Below, piece by piece: positions 27,372-41,704 of a DNA stretch of 64,000 nt. How positions within the stretch are numbered: the first letter of the stretch is position 1; each line of letters starts with the position of its first letter. This stretch comes from Eledone cirrhosa (lineage: Eukaryota), in contig OZ024740.1 of assembly GCA_964016885.1 (NCBI GenBank), positions 223,634,001 to 223,698,000 of the forward strand, written 5' to 3'. The translations under genes were made by a program, and so were the position numbers. The notes beneath the pieces are model-generated. The model was given only the letters and a program-made list of their open reading frames with translations, did no database searches and was not told the origin of the DNA.

Positions 27372-30300
27372 TTAAAATAGAAATATTAATAAAATAGATG
27401 TTCTTTTGATCAATTAAATTTTATTATACATATTTCAGAGGTACAACAGTACGTCCTCATCAGACAAAATATAATGATACTTGACATACCCTGAGATGTT
27501 AAGTGGTTAAGATTTAATCAAGGTAGTGATTAACCTAAGAGAAAACTCAACATTTATACCCTAATAATGAGAAAATGCGAAAACGTAATAAATTCAATAG
27601 AGTATGTATGAGTAAGAAAAACGTTGCTTAATGTGACAGCTATAGAAATTTTTAAATGTGGGATATTACAAGTTATGGTTATCTAGGAAAGGGTCTCTTG
27701 AATTATAACTGTTTATGGAGGCAACTGATAGAAGATTTAAAGAGAGGGAGAGATAAAGAGGAGTAATATATGAAAAATCTTTTTTCGCTTAAAGGCTAAA
27801 CGGTTAAGTTTCAAAATATTTAATTTATGTTATTTTAAGGGCGAAGAATCAAAATTTTAAGTTTTTTAAAAGTTGATGGTTATTTATATTTATTAATTTT
27901 ATAAATTCCATAAATGTGTTAACATTTCTAAAATTCTGAATTTTATGAGGACAATATTTAAAGGATTTACTTGGCCAGCGAAAGGAAAATTTACACGGTT
28001 GAATATTTTCCTAAATGTAATCTTTAACGAAAATTACCTAAAAGAATGTCATCATTTTCGGTATGTAAAGCTTATGAAGTACTTATTGTTATAAATATCT
28101 AAAAATTAATTGTCAAGTAGTTAGTGTAATGATTAACGCAGAGTTTTCAGGCACTTATATATATATATATGTGTGGAATTATGGTAATAAATTAATATTT
28201 GTTATATTATATTAAATCTCTATATAAGTTCCACCTTTATGAGAGGAATAAACTCTAAATAATAAATATGCTATTGTACAAATATCTATATTTGCACAAA
28301 CTATATATAGCGTTAAACCAAAACGGTAATTATGTTATTATACACTATAGATATATATGCAAAAAAACAACAACAAAAGCTGAGATATACGTAACTAATA
28401 ATATGATTATGTTATTATACAGATACACTTATTTGCAAAAATAAAAATAAAAATTAGGTATAGAGAGATATACTAAGTATTAATGAACCAGTATGCTTTT
28501 GGTGAATGATAACAAATATAAAATAATAGATTCAAACATGCTAAAGTTAAATACATACATATATATAAAAGAGTGTAAAGGCATGAATTATTCACAGTTC
28601 AAAATAAATAATCTAAAAATTTAAAAATTATCTAAAAATTAGGTATAGAAAGATATACTAATATTAGTGAGACAGTATACTTTTAGTAAATGATAACGAT
28701 TATAATCTTATCTAATAGATTTTAACATGCTAAAGTTAAATACATACATATATATAAAAAGTGTGTAAACGCATGGATGATTCACAGTTCAAAATAAGGT
28801 CCGTAAAAATTTACAGGTTGGATATTTGCACTATATTTAAACCATGGATAGAAAAATATAAAGGTAGGTATATTTAAAAACTTACAAAATATAAGTACAT
28901 ACATATTATAAATAAAAAAGTGTAAACACATGAATAATTCACAATTAAAAATAAGTTCCGTAAAAATTTACAGGTTGGATATTTAAACTAAAATTAAAAC
29001 TTAGATAGGAAAATAAATATAGAGAAATATTGGTATGGATCAAAGTTAATAATATTATGTTATGTATATCAACGTGTCAGCGTGTTATTGAACAAGTATC
29101 ATTCATTCGAGCGTTATTCCCTCTATAGATAGTTATAAGATAAAGCAACATTAAAGGCCATTAAAGCTTTCACCTGTTGATTATTTCGGTCTAAAAACCA
29201 AGTCTAATGGCTTAGTGTTTTTTATCCGGTCTTATGGGAGGCCAGGAATGTAGACGTAGCTTTATGAAGGCAATTAGAGAATAATTCACTTTTTTTTGTT
29301 AATTAGGGTCTCATAGTTATTAATAATCAACAGGGTCTCCATTGTACAGAGCGCGCATTTACTTGATATACATGAGTTGCGGTAAACTCCACAATTCCGA
29401 AGTTTCGTCCAAAGAATGGAGTATTTTAAATTCCTCTCTTTTAATGACCATATGAGCTGTGATAAAGAAGTGGATGATTTCCTCTTGGAATTCGAAAATG
29501 AGCATTTATGGTTCGCAAATTAGGCTTTAAATGTAGAAGAAGTTGATCCTATGTAGTTGTATGTGTTTTGATCAGTTTTTACAGTGCATTTATAAACCAA
29601 ATTACTATCTAGACAATTATTTTGCAGAAGGCAGTCAGTTTTATTTCTACAATTACATTTTGGTTTAGTATCATTTAAGTTAACGCTATTATTAAGATTA
29701 TTATGCTGGTTCTGTTTTAGAATTTTAGTGTTTAATTTAGTAATGTGTTGGGCCATGTTCATAGTTGTAGAAAACAATTTAATGGTGTGTCTATTAAAAA
29801 TAGAATGGTATTTATGTTGAGTAGGGAAAGAGGTGTCGAAAGCATTAAAGAATAATTTTGCAATTGGTGTTCTAACTGCGACTGATTTAGTTCTAGTTCT
29901 TTTCCTCAATTTGTTTGGCGTATGGGTGTTTGAATTATAATTATTAGAGTTTCGTTTATATATGTTATTATTTTTATCAGGATAAAAACTTGGATTATTA
30001 TTATCTACATATTCTATATTATTCACATATCCTGCTCTTTTTAACGCGTTGTTGTAGTATTCAGCATTTTCATCAAATATAGCTTTATTGGCTGATATTT
30101 TATTAATTCGTTTTTGCACACTATTTACTATAGCTTTTTTTTACAGATTTAGGGTGATTGGAATGGTTACTAACATAGTAGTAACCATTCATTGGGCTTA
30201 TGAAAAGGGTAATAGAAGCTGGTGTTTAAGTTAAACGTAACGTCTAGGAAATTAACTATTTTGGTATCATTTTCTACTTCTAACTTAGGGTCATGCATTT

Positions 30301-30934
30301 TAAAGAATTCTATCATACTTTTCTTTACTCTATTTAGTTCTATATTGTTGTGTTTGACCACCGTAAATAAAATGTCGTCCCTATATAAACCACCGGTAAT
30401 CTCCGGCAGTTTTCTATTTATCATATTTAATATGAAAATTCCCAGAAGATCTGTGATTTGCGCAGAATCGGATGCCTCCATAGTGATATAAAAGTTTCTA
30501 TCTCTATCTGAGCGGGTCCAATATTCATTATTGAAGTTAATAAGAGTTCCTCTGGCTGTGAGTATGATATCAATTTCATCCGTGGTTAAATCAGTATGCT
30601 TATAAGCATATGAAAGAGCCTTATTTAGAAGGTTACGTGTTATGGAAGAATAGTAGCTTGTTATGTCCATCTGGATGAATTTATGGTTTTTCTTATCATC
30701 TATATTCCTGTACCATTCTATGACTTCATTTGTATCTTTCCACAAGCTCAAATTAGATCTCAATTTAAGAGTGGGTAAGATTCTATCGATGATGTTTTTA
30801 CTGATTACTCCAATATCCGATTTGGATGGAGCAATCAATCTACCTGACATATCTTCCTGAAAGTTTATTTTGTGATCCTTTAAGTTAATCCTCGGCTGCC
30901 TAGGTAAGAATGGCTCGGTTCTTCCTTTTATTCC

Positions 30935-30937
<3 letters not shown>
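27372..30937 (-). mobile_element. Penelope-like element (Hydra-like), 5' truncated at (TA)n
   Basis: ORFs 30170-30850 ([38 protein letters not shown]) and 29520-30119 (CNCRNKTDC, LVYKC..YIG), CxxC near 29345; AT-rich 3' UTR with tandem duplications 28430-29010. Confidence 0.9.
27424..27469 (-). ncRNA. Minimal hammerhead-like motif in 3' pLTR
   Basis: CUGAUGA-GGAcGUAC uguu GUACcUCU-GAAA; stem I/III register ambiguous. Confidence 0.45.
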
Positions 30938-30982
<45 letters not shown>

Positions 30983-30985
<3 letters not shown>

Positions 30986-32043
30986 CCAAAAGCGAATGAA
31001 ACCCTAAGGAATAGAAACGTAATCCTGGTATGTTTATATACATTTTTTTTCTAACTTTAATTTTATACCTAATTGTGTATGGTTGACGATATATTTAATC
31101 GATTTCCACGTGCTATTGAAATTCTATAGCTGTTGATCGCGAATAGATGGTTGTCGTTTATTTATCTATTATTTCTTTATAAGTGCCTTTTAATCTTATA
31201 GCCTGGTTTAATTGGTGTTTTGTGTGGTTGATTATGCTAATTGGGAGAGGAAATGGTGTATATATCTTATCAAATGATTCTATGGACATAGTTTATAGTA
31301 TATTGCTCTGATTATTTAAATTATTAATTCATCATTGAGCCACATCGTGAATGGTTGCCAAAAACATATATATCTATGACATTGTCTAGTTTGTGTATAT
31401 GTAAATCTTTATATTTTTATAATCTCCCATAAGGTTGAGATGCAATTTAGGCAATATTAGGCTGCGCTTTATAGCAACAAGCCCACTCGCCGTAGGGCAC
31501 TAATCACATTCTTTCTGACTTGACCACTGCCACGTCACAGTTCTTAGCCATTTTGAACTCGTTTCTGGCGGGGATCATTTAAGAAAATTCTTCGTCCAAG
31601 TGAGTTTGTTTCCTGATGATTTCGAAGTTCGAGAATTTATCCTTGATCAGATATTTCCAAAAGCGAATGAAACCCTAAGGGGTAGGAACGTAATCCTGGT
31701 ATGTTTATATACATTTTGTCTTTTAACTTTAATTTTATACCTAAATTGTGTATGGTTTACAATATATTTAATCGATGTCCACGTGCTATTGAAATGCTGG
31801 GTAAATATTCTATAGCTGTTGATCGCGAATAGATGGCTGTCGTTTATTTATCTATTATTACTTTATAGTCGTTTATTTATCTATTATGACTTTATAGTCG
31901 TTTATTTATCTATTATTACTTTATTATTACCTTTAATCTTATATCCTGGTTTAATTGTTTTTTTATGTGGTTGATTATGCTAATTGGGAGAGGAAATGGT
32001 GTATATATCTTATCAAATGATTCTATGGACATAATTTATAGTA
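30983..32043 (+). mobile_element. Non-coding pLTR-type element with ~400-bp direct repeats
   Basis: 30983-31380 repeated at 31652-32043; diverged relative at ~36940-37400; bounded by (TA)n. Confidence 0.7.
31640..31687 (+). ncRNA. Hammerhead-like fold, variant core UUGAUCA
   Basis: UCC-UUGAUCA-weak stem II-GAAA-CCCU aa GGGG-UA-GGA. Confidence 0.35.
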
Positions 32044-32044
32044 T

Positions 32045-33200
<1,156 letters not shown>

Positions 33201-33219
33201 ACCGCTACTTACTGCCGCC

Positions 33220-34566
33220 TTGGACTTTGCCGAAGCACTTGTGCCCATCACCGACCAGGAAAGAAAAATCATCCTCCACGCCAGGAAGACAGTCTTACTC
33301 TTTGACGACTCTAAATGGATAAAAAGAGATCCCGACTCACCCTTCGACGTCAGCATGGGCGCCACGGATTCGGCGGAGGTCACAGATCTTATAGGATTAT
33401 TCCTAATAGCCAAACTCACTGATATGTTTCCTGCATTCGGTGGTGGATTGTACCGTGATGATGGGCTCCTTACCCTTAAAGGGTACAACCCCAGTAGTAC
33501 AGATCGGGTCCGGAAACAATTAATCAGATTCTTCCGCGACTGGGGATTTAAAATAACCCTACAAACGTCCCTGACCAGAGTAAACTTCCTGGACGTGACC
33601 CTCGACCTCGAAAACGACCTGTACTACCCATACAGGAAACCTAATGACAATCTGCACTACATCCACCGCCGATCAAACCATCCTAGGAACATCACAAACA
33701 ACCTGGTCATAAACATCTCCCTCCGCATATCCCGTTTGTCAGCTTATGAGCGGATATTCGATGAACATGCGCCTTATTACAACCAGGCCCTCAAGCGGAG
33801 TGGTTTCCGGGAGGAAATATCCTACTGTCCAGCTCCCATTAGCGGAACCAGCAGGAGACACCGCCGCTCACGCAATGTAACATGTTTCAATCCTCCCCAC
33901 AACGCAGAGGTGACAACTCCCATCGGGAAACTATTCTTTAGGCTCATTGAAAAACACTTCCCATTACAACACCGCTACCACAACATAATTCACAAAAATA
34001 CCATCAAACTCTCTTACAGCACTACACCAAACTTCGCACAAAACATCGTCTCCTCTAACAACAAAAAACTCAACCCCAATGGCAGAAATAACCTAAATAG
34101 CAGTGGAGAACCGACCAGGAGGTGTAACTGCCCGGATAGATCTATTTGCCCACTCGACAATAGATGCAGAGACCGTAATGTGATCTACCAGTGCAACGTG
34201 AGGACGGATACCTCCAACAAAGCCTATATAGGACTTACCGCATGTGACTTCAAGACCCGGCTTTACCAACATAGACATACCTTCTGAAATCCGGCCCGGC
34301 GTCACGCCACTACACTTTCGGGCCACATATGGGACCTCAAGGACAACAACATCACCTATGATCTCACTTGGAGATTACTGTCCAGAGCCAATTCTTACAC
34401 GGGAGGACGCCGTCCGTGCAATTTATGCTCGGAGGAAACTTTACAAATGCTGTTTTCGACGGACCAACTCCTAAACAAGAAAGATGAACTGGTTACTGCA
34501 TGTAAACATAGATTGCGTAGGACTTACCTCGCCCTCAAACCCCATAATGACCCGGGGGGGGGGTAG
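33220..34566 (+). pseudogene. PLE RT + GIY-YIG frame with one in-frame TGA at 34285
   Basis: [47 protein letters not shown]; the same frame continues LSGHIW...CNLCSEE...LLNK...CKH to TAG 34564-34566. Confidence 0.9.
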
Positions 34567-35684
34567 TCTAGGGCTATAACACCCCACTTGCCGATTTTGC
34601 AATGGGTAACCCCTGCTTGCCAAGGGAGACGTAAGATCTTCTTTGTATTCTTTTATCGCTTCCTTTAGTTCCTTCCTTCCCCCCTCTCTCCTTAGTCCTT
34701 CTACCCCAGCTCTTCTCCTTTGTCGGCGTCTTTTCTCGCCCACCCGAGGCTGCCCTTTGGCCCCTTGTAGCCTTCGTACCCCCACCCCCTCCCCTAGTCT
34801 AGGATAGATTTGGCGGATTCCGCCCTTTATAGCAGTTGGTTTAGACCCCGATACTTGTCCCCTTTTTCCGACCGCTCCCACTATTCTCTGTGCCCTCTAT
34901 ATTTCTTAGTGGCACTTATGCCTTATTTTTTCGTTTCAGTATTTCTTTCTTCGCTTTTCTTTTGGGCGGGGTGGTTTCTGAATTTATTCTTCCGTATTCT
35001 ACCTTTACTTCGTACGAAATTTCATGTAGCTTGTTTTAGATCTTTTAGAGTTAGCATTAGTATATATTTTTCTCGGCACTCAGAATCACTTTGCTGCACT
35101 GGGTGGTTGCTGGAATTGCGCCCGGGATGGAAACCTTTATTGTTTATTTCGTGGTAGTCTCTTTAGTATTTTGGCCCCTTTTGTTGACCCGTCACCGTAT
35201 CATTTACGTACTTATACCTCTTAAAAGGTCCCTCGCCTATTCCGTCCCACCTAGTTCTTTTACTTATTTCGTTATTTCTTTATTTCTTTCTTTACTTCTT
35301 TCTTTCTTTTTTTATTTATTTATTCTAGACTAACAATAGCTAGAGACCTAGGTCGTAGAATTTAATTTACTTTACTTTTTCTTTACACTCATTTGTTTTT
35401 CTTTACACTTATTTGCTTTTCTTCACTCTCAGTATTTTTTCTTTCCTATATATTTCTACCCCCCATTGTTCTACCTACCGTTCCGACTTCCTCCCCCTCC
35501 CCCTCCCCTGTATCTTCTTTGACCTCATGCCCAGCTGTAGCTGGCACTACAAACGCCTGATTGGGTCTACTCCACCCCTCCCCTCTTTCTCCTACTGGCA
35601 GGTTTAGCCACCATCTCCCCTACTAATTTGCAACCACAGAATTACTACTGATTTTTGACAATCACTTTGACCATATATGGAATT

Positions 35685-35778
35685 ACCCCTTGAGAAGATC
35701 GGCTATTTAAATACCAGGATAAATTTTCATTTAGTCCAGAATTAGCCGTCGAAACGGCTTGAGCTCAGCTGTCGGGGT
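35685..35778 (+). ncRNA. Type I hammerhead ribozyme with U3-A8 covariant core
   Basis: ACCCC-UUGAGAA-GA(U)CGGCUA...UAGCCGUC-GAAA-CGGC uugagcuca GCUG-UC-GGGGU. Confidence 0.7.
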
Positions 35779-35788
35779 CTTACTGGTT

Positions 35789-36242
<454 letters not shown>

Positions 36243-36710
36243 GATAAGAGGGTGTTAAAGTTTGCTTGAAGCATTGTGAAATGTGTAAAATACGTAGTTA
36301 AGAAAGCCACAACAATGCAGAGGGAAATCTCGAGGTAGGAAGTGAATGATAGATAGGAGAAACAGGTGAAAGTGAAAATTGAGAGAGACAAAGATGAAAA
36401 CAAAACAAAGGTAGAAGGGTTACCGTTTAAATTTTAAATAATTTTCTCCCCATAACGGCAATCCTGTCTTAACGACATCACAACTTTCTCCGCTTGGCCT
36501 GTCCCCCCCCCCTCCCCTTTTGGAACTTTCCCCCGTTGATGGGCGTGAGCCCGAAATATTGGGATTAAATCTCCACTACGGTAACCCTTCTACCTTTGTT
36601 TTGTTTTCATCTTTGTCTCTCTCAATTTTCACTTTCACCTGTTTCTCCTATCTATCATTCACTTCCTACCTTGAGATTTCTCTCTGCATTGTTGTGGCTT
36701 TCTTAACTAC

Positions 36711-36713
<3 letters not shown>
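36243..36713. mobile_element. Fold-back pLTR-only element
   Basis: Inverted arms 36291-36426 / 36578-36713, hammerhead-like motif in spacer, (TA)n both sides. Confidence 0.7.
36529..36564 (+). ncRNA. Minimal hammerhead-like motif, degenerate core CCGUUGA
   Basis: UCCC-CCGUUGA-uGGGC guga GCCC-GAAA-UA-UU-GGGA. Confidence 0.5.
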
Positions 36714-36754
<41 letters not shown>

Positions 36755-36758
<4 letters not shown>

Positions 36759-37398
36759 CTCCTCAGAGGGACAAACTCGCTAGGGCAGCGTATTTTCCGA
36801 AGTGGCTCCCACTAAACACGAATTCAAAATGGTTGAGAACTGTGACGTGGCAGTGGTCAAGTCAGAAAGGGTGTGATTGGTTGCTTACTGCGAGCGTGTT
36901 GGTTGCTAGAAAGCGCAACTCAATATTGCTCAAACTCGAGATTTATCCTTAATAAGATGTCTCAAAATGTGAGCGAAACGCATGGGTCGGGATTTAGTGA
37001 TTTAATCCTGGTATGTATATGAGCATTTCTAACTTTAATTTTTACATAATTATGTATGGTTGACAGTATATTTAATTAATTTCCACGTGCTGTTGTAATG
37101 TTGTGTAAATATTCTATAGCGGTTGGCCGCGAAGACGATGCTGTGGCGTATTTATTTACTGTTTCTTCATAGGTGCCTTTACTTATAGCCTGGTCTAATT
37201 GATTTTTTGTGTGGTTAATTATGCTGATTGGGAGTAGAAATGATGTATATATATTATCAAATAATTCTCTGGGCATGCTTTACTCTATAGTATTTTGCAC
37301 TAATTATTTAATTTATTAATTCTTCATTGAGCCACATCGAGAATAGTTGCCAAAACACATATATAACTGTGACTTTGTTTAATTGGTGTATGTGTAAA

Positions 37399-37400
<2 letters not shown>
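36755..37400 (+). mobile_element. Diverged copy of the 30983-32043 pLTR family
   Basis: 37000-37400 aligns with 31020-31410; 36820-36930 is inverted relative to 31450-31562. Confidence 0.65.
36945..36993 (+). ncRNA. Hammerhead-like fold, variant core UUAAUAA
   Basis: AUCC-UUAAUAA-..CUCA aaaug UGAGc-GAAA-CGCAUGGG-UC-GGGAU; homologous position to 31640. Confidence 0.4.
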
Positions 37401-37461
<61 letters not shown>

Positions 37462-37520
37462 GTATGTGTATTTATGAATTTATATATATCCGTATATGTT
37501 TGTATATGTTTGTATATGTT

Positions 37521-37569
<49 letters not shown>

Positions 37570-37851
37570 TTAAAGATAATGCCACCCACACCCAGCGCAT
37601 CAGCAAGGAATCTTACTGTATTAACAAATACGGACCCCGTCTAAACACTTCTCCCTAAGACGAACCCGCAACATACACACGTCAACATACATACCTACAT
37701 CAGCATATAAACACAATGACATACGTAAACACACATGTTCTATGGTGCAACACAAATATACACAAATTTGCATACCTTTTGATGTCTATAGATATAAACG
37801 TGCCGACACACACACATACATAAACGCACACATGCATTGCACACTGATGGG

Positions 37852-38050
37852 CACATACATATTTGTACACAAGTATTCCAATACGGCAAGGCCTAATGGA
37901 TTCCCCTTGCAGTACGTACAATCTCAACACACTCCAGATACATATTTTTACACAATTATACAATTTCTGGACACACTCCAGATACATATTTGTACACAGG
38001 TATTCCAATACGGCAAGGCCTAATGGATTCCCCTTGCAGTACGTACAATC
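37852..38050. repeat. Direct duplication, ~70-bp unit with ~128-bp period
   Basis: ATACATATTTGTACACARGTATTCCAATACGGCAAGGCCTAATGGATTCCCCTTGCAGTACGTACAATCT twice. Confidence 0.85.
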
Positions 38051-39012
38051 TGGAAACACTCACACACAGCTTGGTATTATGTCAATACTATATATCATTT
38101 CACACCTTTTATTGTTAAGGTTTTTGATGTTCTATTGAGAGAATCGATTTTACTGAAAATATCGAATAATGTACACCATTTCACTAGTACCACAAAAATA
38201 ATTACTTGTCCACCCCCACACACACACACACATTCTCACACACACACGTGTATGCGCACACGCGCACATATATACACACACACATACACACGCGTACATT
38301 AACATAAAAAGAGATATACACACACACACACTTTTCCGTATAAGACAAGAGCCGAAAAATAAATTTTAACATGTTAAAATATCCCCCACACACTTACAGA
38401 CACATTCCTACTGACCATCCCTCTACCACGAATTACTCTGCTACACACACACACACACACACTTGTCTTAATAGGCATTTCAACTGTCAAAAGGCTGCGG
38501 TTCGCACACACATCCCTGCTGACCATTATCACAACAACGAACCTCTTTACTACTACTACACACACATATTTGTTTTGAAAGACCTATTTTTCAGTGACTT
38601 CTCAATCAGCCGACACAAACCTAAATTTGGCGCAAAATCAATTTTTAACATTCACATGACCTCTACCGACCAATCAAAATTGCTTTTACCACAAGAATTT
38701 TTGCAACACGAATTGGCGCAAAACTTATTTTAATACCGCTGGAGCCACTTTTTTAACATAAAAACAGGTAGAATTTCCAAAACTAATCAGATTAGAGCAA
38801 ACATCATGGACGCTCTATCTCAAAATTATTTTGGAAAAGCATTACAAATGCGCAACCGGTAAAACTTAAAACCAAAAACTGAATACTAACCAATACAATT
38901 ACTAATTCTCACTTATTCCTAATTAAACTATTTTTCACTGTGAACAATTTGTCAGCATTTTCTTTTCCGTTTACCAATATATCATAACTTGTGTGTTACA
39001 CTTCTATTCTTT

Positions 39013-39174
<162 letters not shown>

Positions 39175-39399
39175 AAGTTATCTGATGACACCTGAAATAT
39201 AGCTTAAGGGAAACATGACAATAATGATAAGCACCCAATATTTGAACTGGTTTACAGAATTCTCTTGGCCTTTGTCACTCTAAGTAGAGCTTTAAAGAAT
39301 TAGCTTTTAAAAATTTCCCTTTTCTTTAAATCCATCAACCATGACCGACCCCTAACCATCTTATAGACACCTGAAATATTGGCATTGTTAGCTTAAGTG

Positions 39400-39570
39400 A
39401 AACGGCTAATTTCGACGGCTAATTCTGGACTCGAATTAGCCGTCCAGAATTAGCCGTCGTAACGGCTTGAGCTCAGCCGTCGGGGTCCTACTCGTTCCTA
39501 TTACCCACGTGTTGAGTACTTTGGTGCGTTATGGTCCATCTGGTTCCTTACCACATTTCCTTCGTTTTAT
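39400..39570 (+). mobile_element. Rearranged pLTR fragment of the 33201-35790 family
   Basis: TCCAGAATTAGCCGTCG.AACGGCTTGAGCTCAGC.GTCGGGGTC preceded by short inverted copies. Confidence 0.7.
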
Positions 39571-39573
39571 GTA

Positions 39574-39632
<59 letters not shown>

Positions 39633-39664
39633 ATTGTAACATATATTTATATATATATATATAT

Positions 39665-39910
39665 ATTTATTAAGATAACAGATAAAAGTTTAAGCACAGA
39701 ATCGCTGCTCTCACCCTTAACGGCATCTTCTGAAACTTCTGAAATGGAGTTTCAGAAGATCCCGTTAAGGGTGAAAGCAGCGATTCTTTGCTTAAACTTT
39801 AATCTGTTATTTTAATAAATATTTGCTCTACGGTTCTTATATATCTGATATATATTTATCCTTATCGGGCCCTCTTTGGATTTTAGTCTTCAAATGTATT
39901 ATTATTTCTA
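39665..39910. mobile_element. Head-to-head solo pLTR of the 23780 family with two hammerhead-like folds (39687-39737 minus, 39748-39798 plus)
   Basis: 39748-39910 is the reverse complement of 23780-23942; left arm is an inverted copy; (TA)n both sides. Confidence 0.8.
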
Positions 39911-39934
39911 TATATTTATATATATATATATATA

Positions 39935-40620
39935 GTTATGTAATAAACAACATAAGATAAATATTTCATTTACCAGTGGTCTTTTGAAAGCAAACAAAAT
40001 TTCTAAATTAGAAGAAGACATTATCTTTCATGCTAGGAAAACTCTACTCTTTACTAATGAAAGTATTTGGGTTAAAAAGTCAAACCCTGAAAAATCTGTT
40101 GATGTTGCAATGGGTTCATATGACAGTGCGGATGTGTGTAACTTAGTAGGATTATTCCTTCTCCACACGCTTAAAGAGACATTTCCGTCCCATAATATCG
40201 GTTTATACCGTGACGACGGATTGGCAGTTTCTCATACCACCAAGGGTCATAACCTTGATAAATTCCGTAAAGATTTAATCAATACTTTTGCTAATCTAAA
40301 CATTATAATTACTATGCTAACTCTCTTGACATTAATCTTGATCTACTTACTGCTTCTTTTAAACCTTATCATAAACCTAACGAAAATCTTAGATATATAC
40401 ACAAAGAGTCTTGCCATCCCCCTATAGTTTAAAAAAATCTTATTCCCAATACTACCTTATCTTCGTCTCTAGACATTTTTAACAATGCCGCCATTTATTA
40501 CAATAAAGCCCTTATTAAGAGCGGCTTCACAGAACAAATTAAATATTTACCTACTCCTCCCCGTAAAACTAATCACAATAATAGGAAAAGGAAAATTATT
40601 TGCTTTACATCCCCCAAATG
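39935..40620 (+). pseudogene. PLE RT internal fragment
   Basis: [36 protein letters not shown]; downstream PYHKPNE..YI, YYNKAL.KSG. Confidence 0.85.
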
Positions 40621-40743
40621 AATTGTCTTCAAATTCTTGATATAACGGAGAAAATTGGCAATGTTCACTCACAGAGTTCATTCCCTCATATGAAGATCAA
40701 GTAGTCAAAATGCGGCGACTGCTATCAACTTCAGTTAAGGTCA

Positions 40744-40773
40744 TTTATATATATATATATTTATATATATATA

Positions 40774-40844
<71 letters not shown>

Positions 40845-40923
40845 TTTTATATATATATATATATATGTTTATATATATATATATATATTTATATATATTT
40901 ATATATATTTATATACATATATA

Positions 40924-40968
<45 letters not shown>

Positions 40969-40971
40969 ATA

Positions 40972-41002
<31 letters not shown>

Positions 41003-41113
41003 TTTTTATATATATATATATTTATATATATTTTTTATATATATATATTTATATATATTTATAAATATATTTATATATATTTATATATATTTATAAATAT
41101 ATTTATATATATT

Positions 41114-41144
<31 letters not shown>

Positions 41145-41299
41145 ATATTTATATATTTATATATATATATATATTTATATATATTTATATATACATATAT
41201 TTATATTTATATATATTTATATATATATATATATATTTATATATATTTATATATATATTTATTTATATATACATATTTATATATATTTATATATATATA

Positions 41300-41344
<45 letters not shown>

Positions 41345-41367
41345 AAATATATATATATATACATATA

Positions 41368-41405
<38 letters not shown>

Positions 41406-41541
41406 TACATATGCATATATATTTATATATATATATATATATAAATATATACATATATATTTATATATATATATACATATATACATATATATTTATATAT
41501 ATATATATATATACACATATATATATATATACATATATATT

Positions 41542-41599
<58 letters not shown>

Positions 41600-41609
41600 T
41601 ATACATATA

Positions 41610-41702
<93 letters not shown>
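40744..41702. repeat. Long interrupted (TA)n array
   Basis: Direct observation. Confidence 0.95.

Positions 41703-41704
<2 letters not shown>

Noticed and set aside
29170-29246. Hammerhead-like hairpin plus GAAA after the EN domain
   Set aside because: Core CAUAAGA and stem I not adjacent; too degenerate
34285-34287. In-frame TGA as selenocysteine (as in some Naiad PLEs)
   Set aside because: Position is not a Cys in the sister copies; CGA-to-TGA decay is simpler; no SECIS identified
39176-39205. CTGATGA-cacct-GAAA
   Set aside because: No stem II possible
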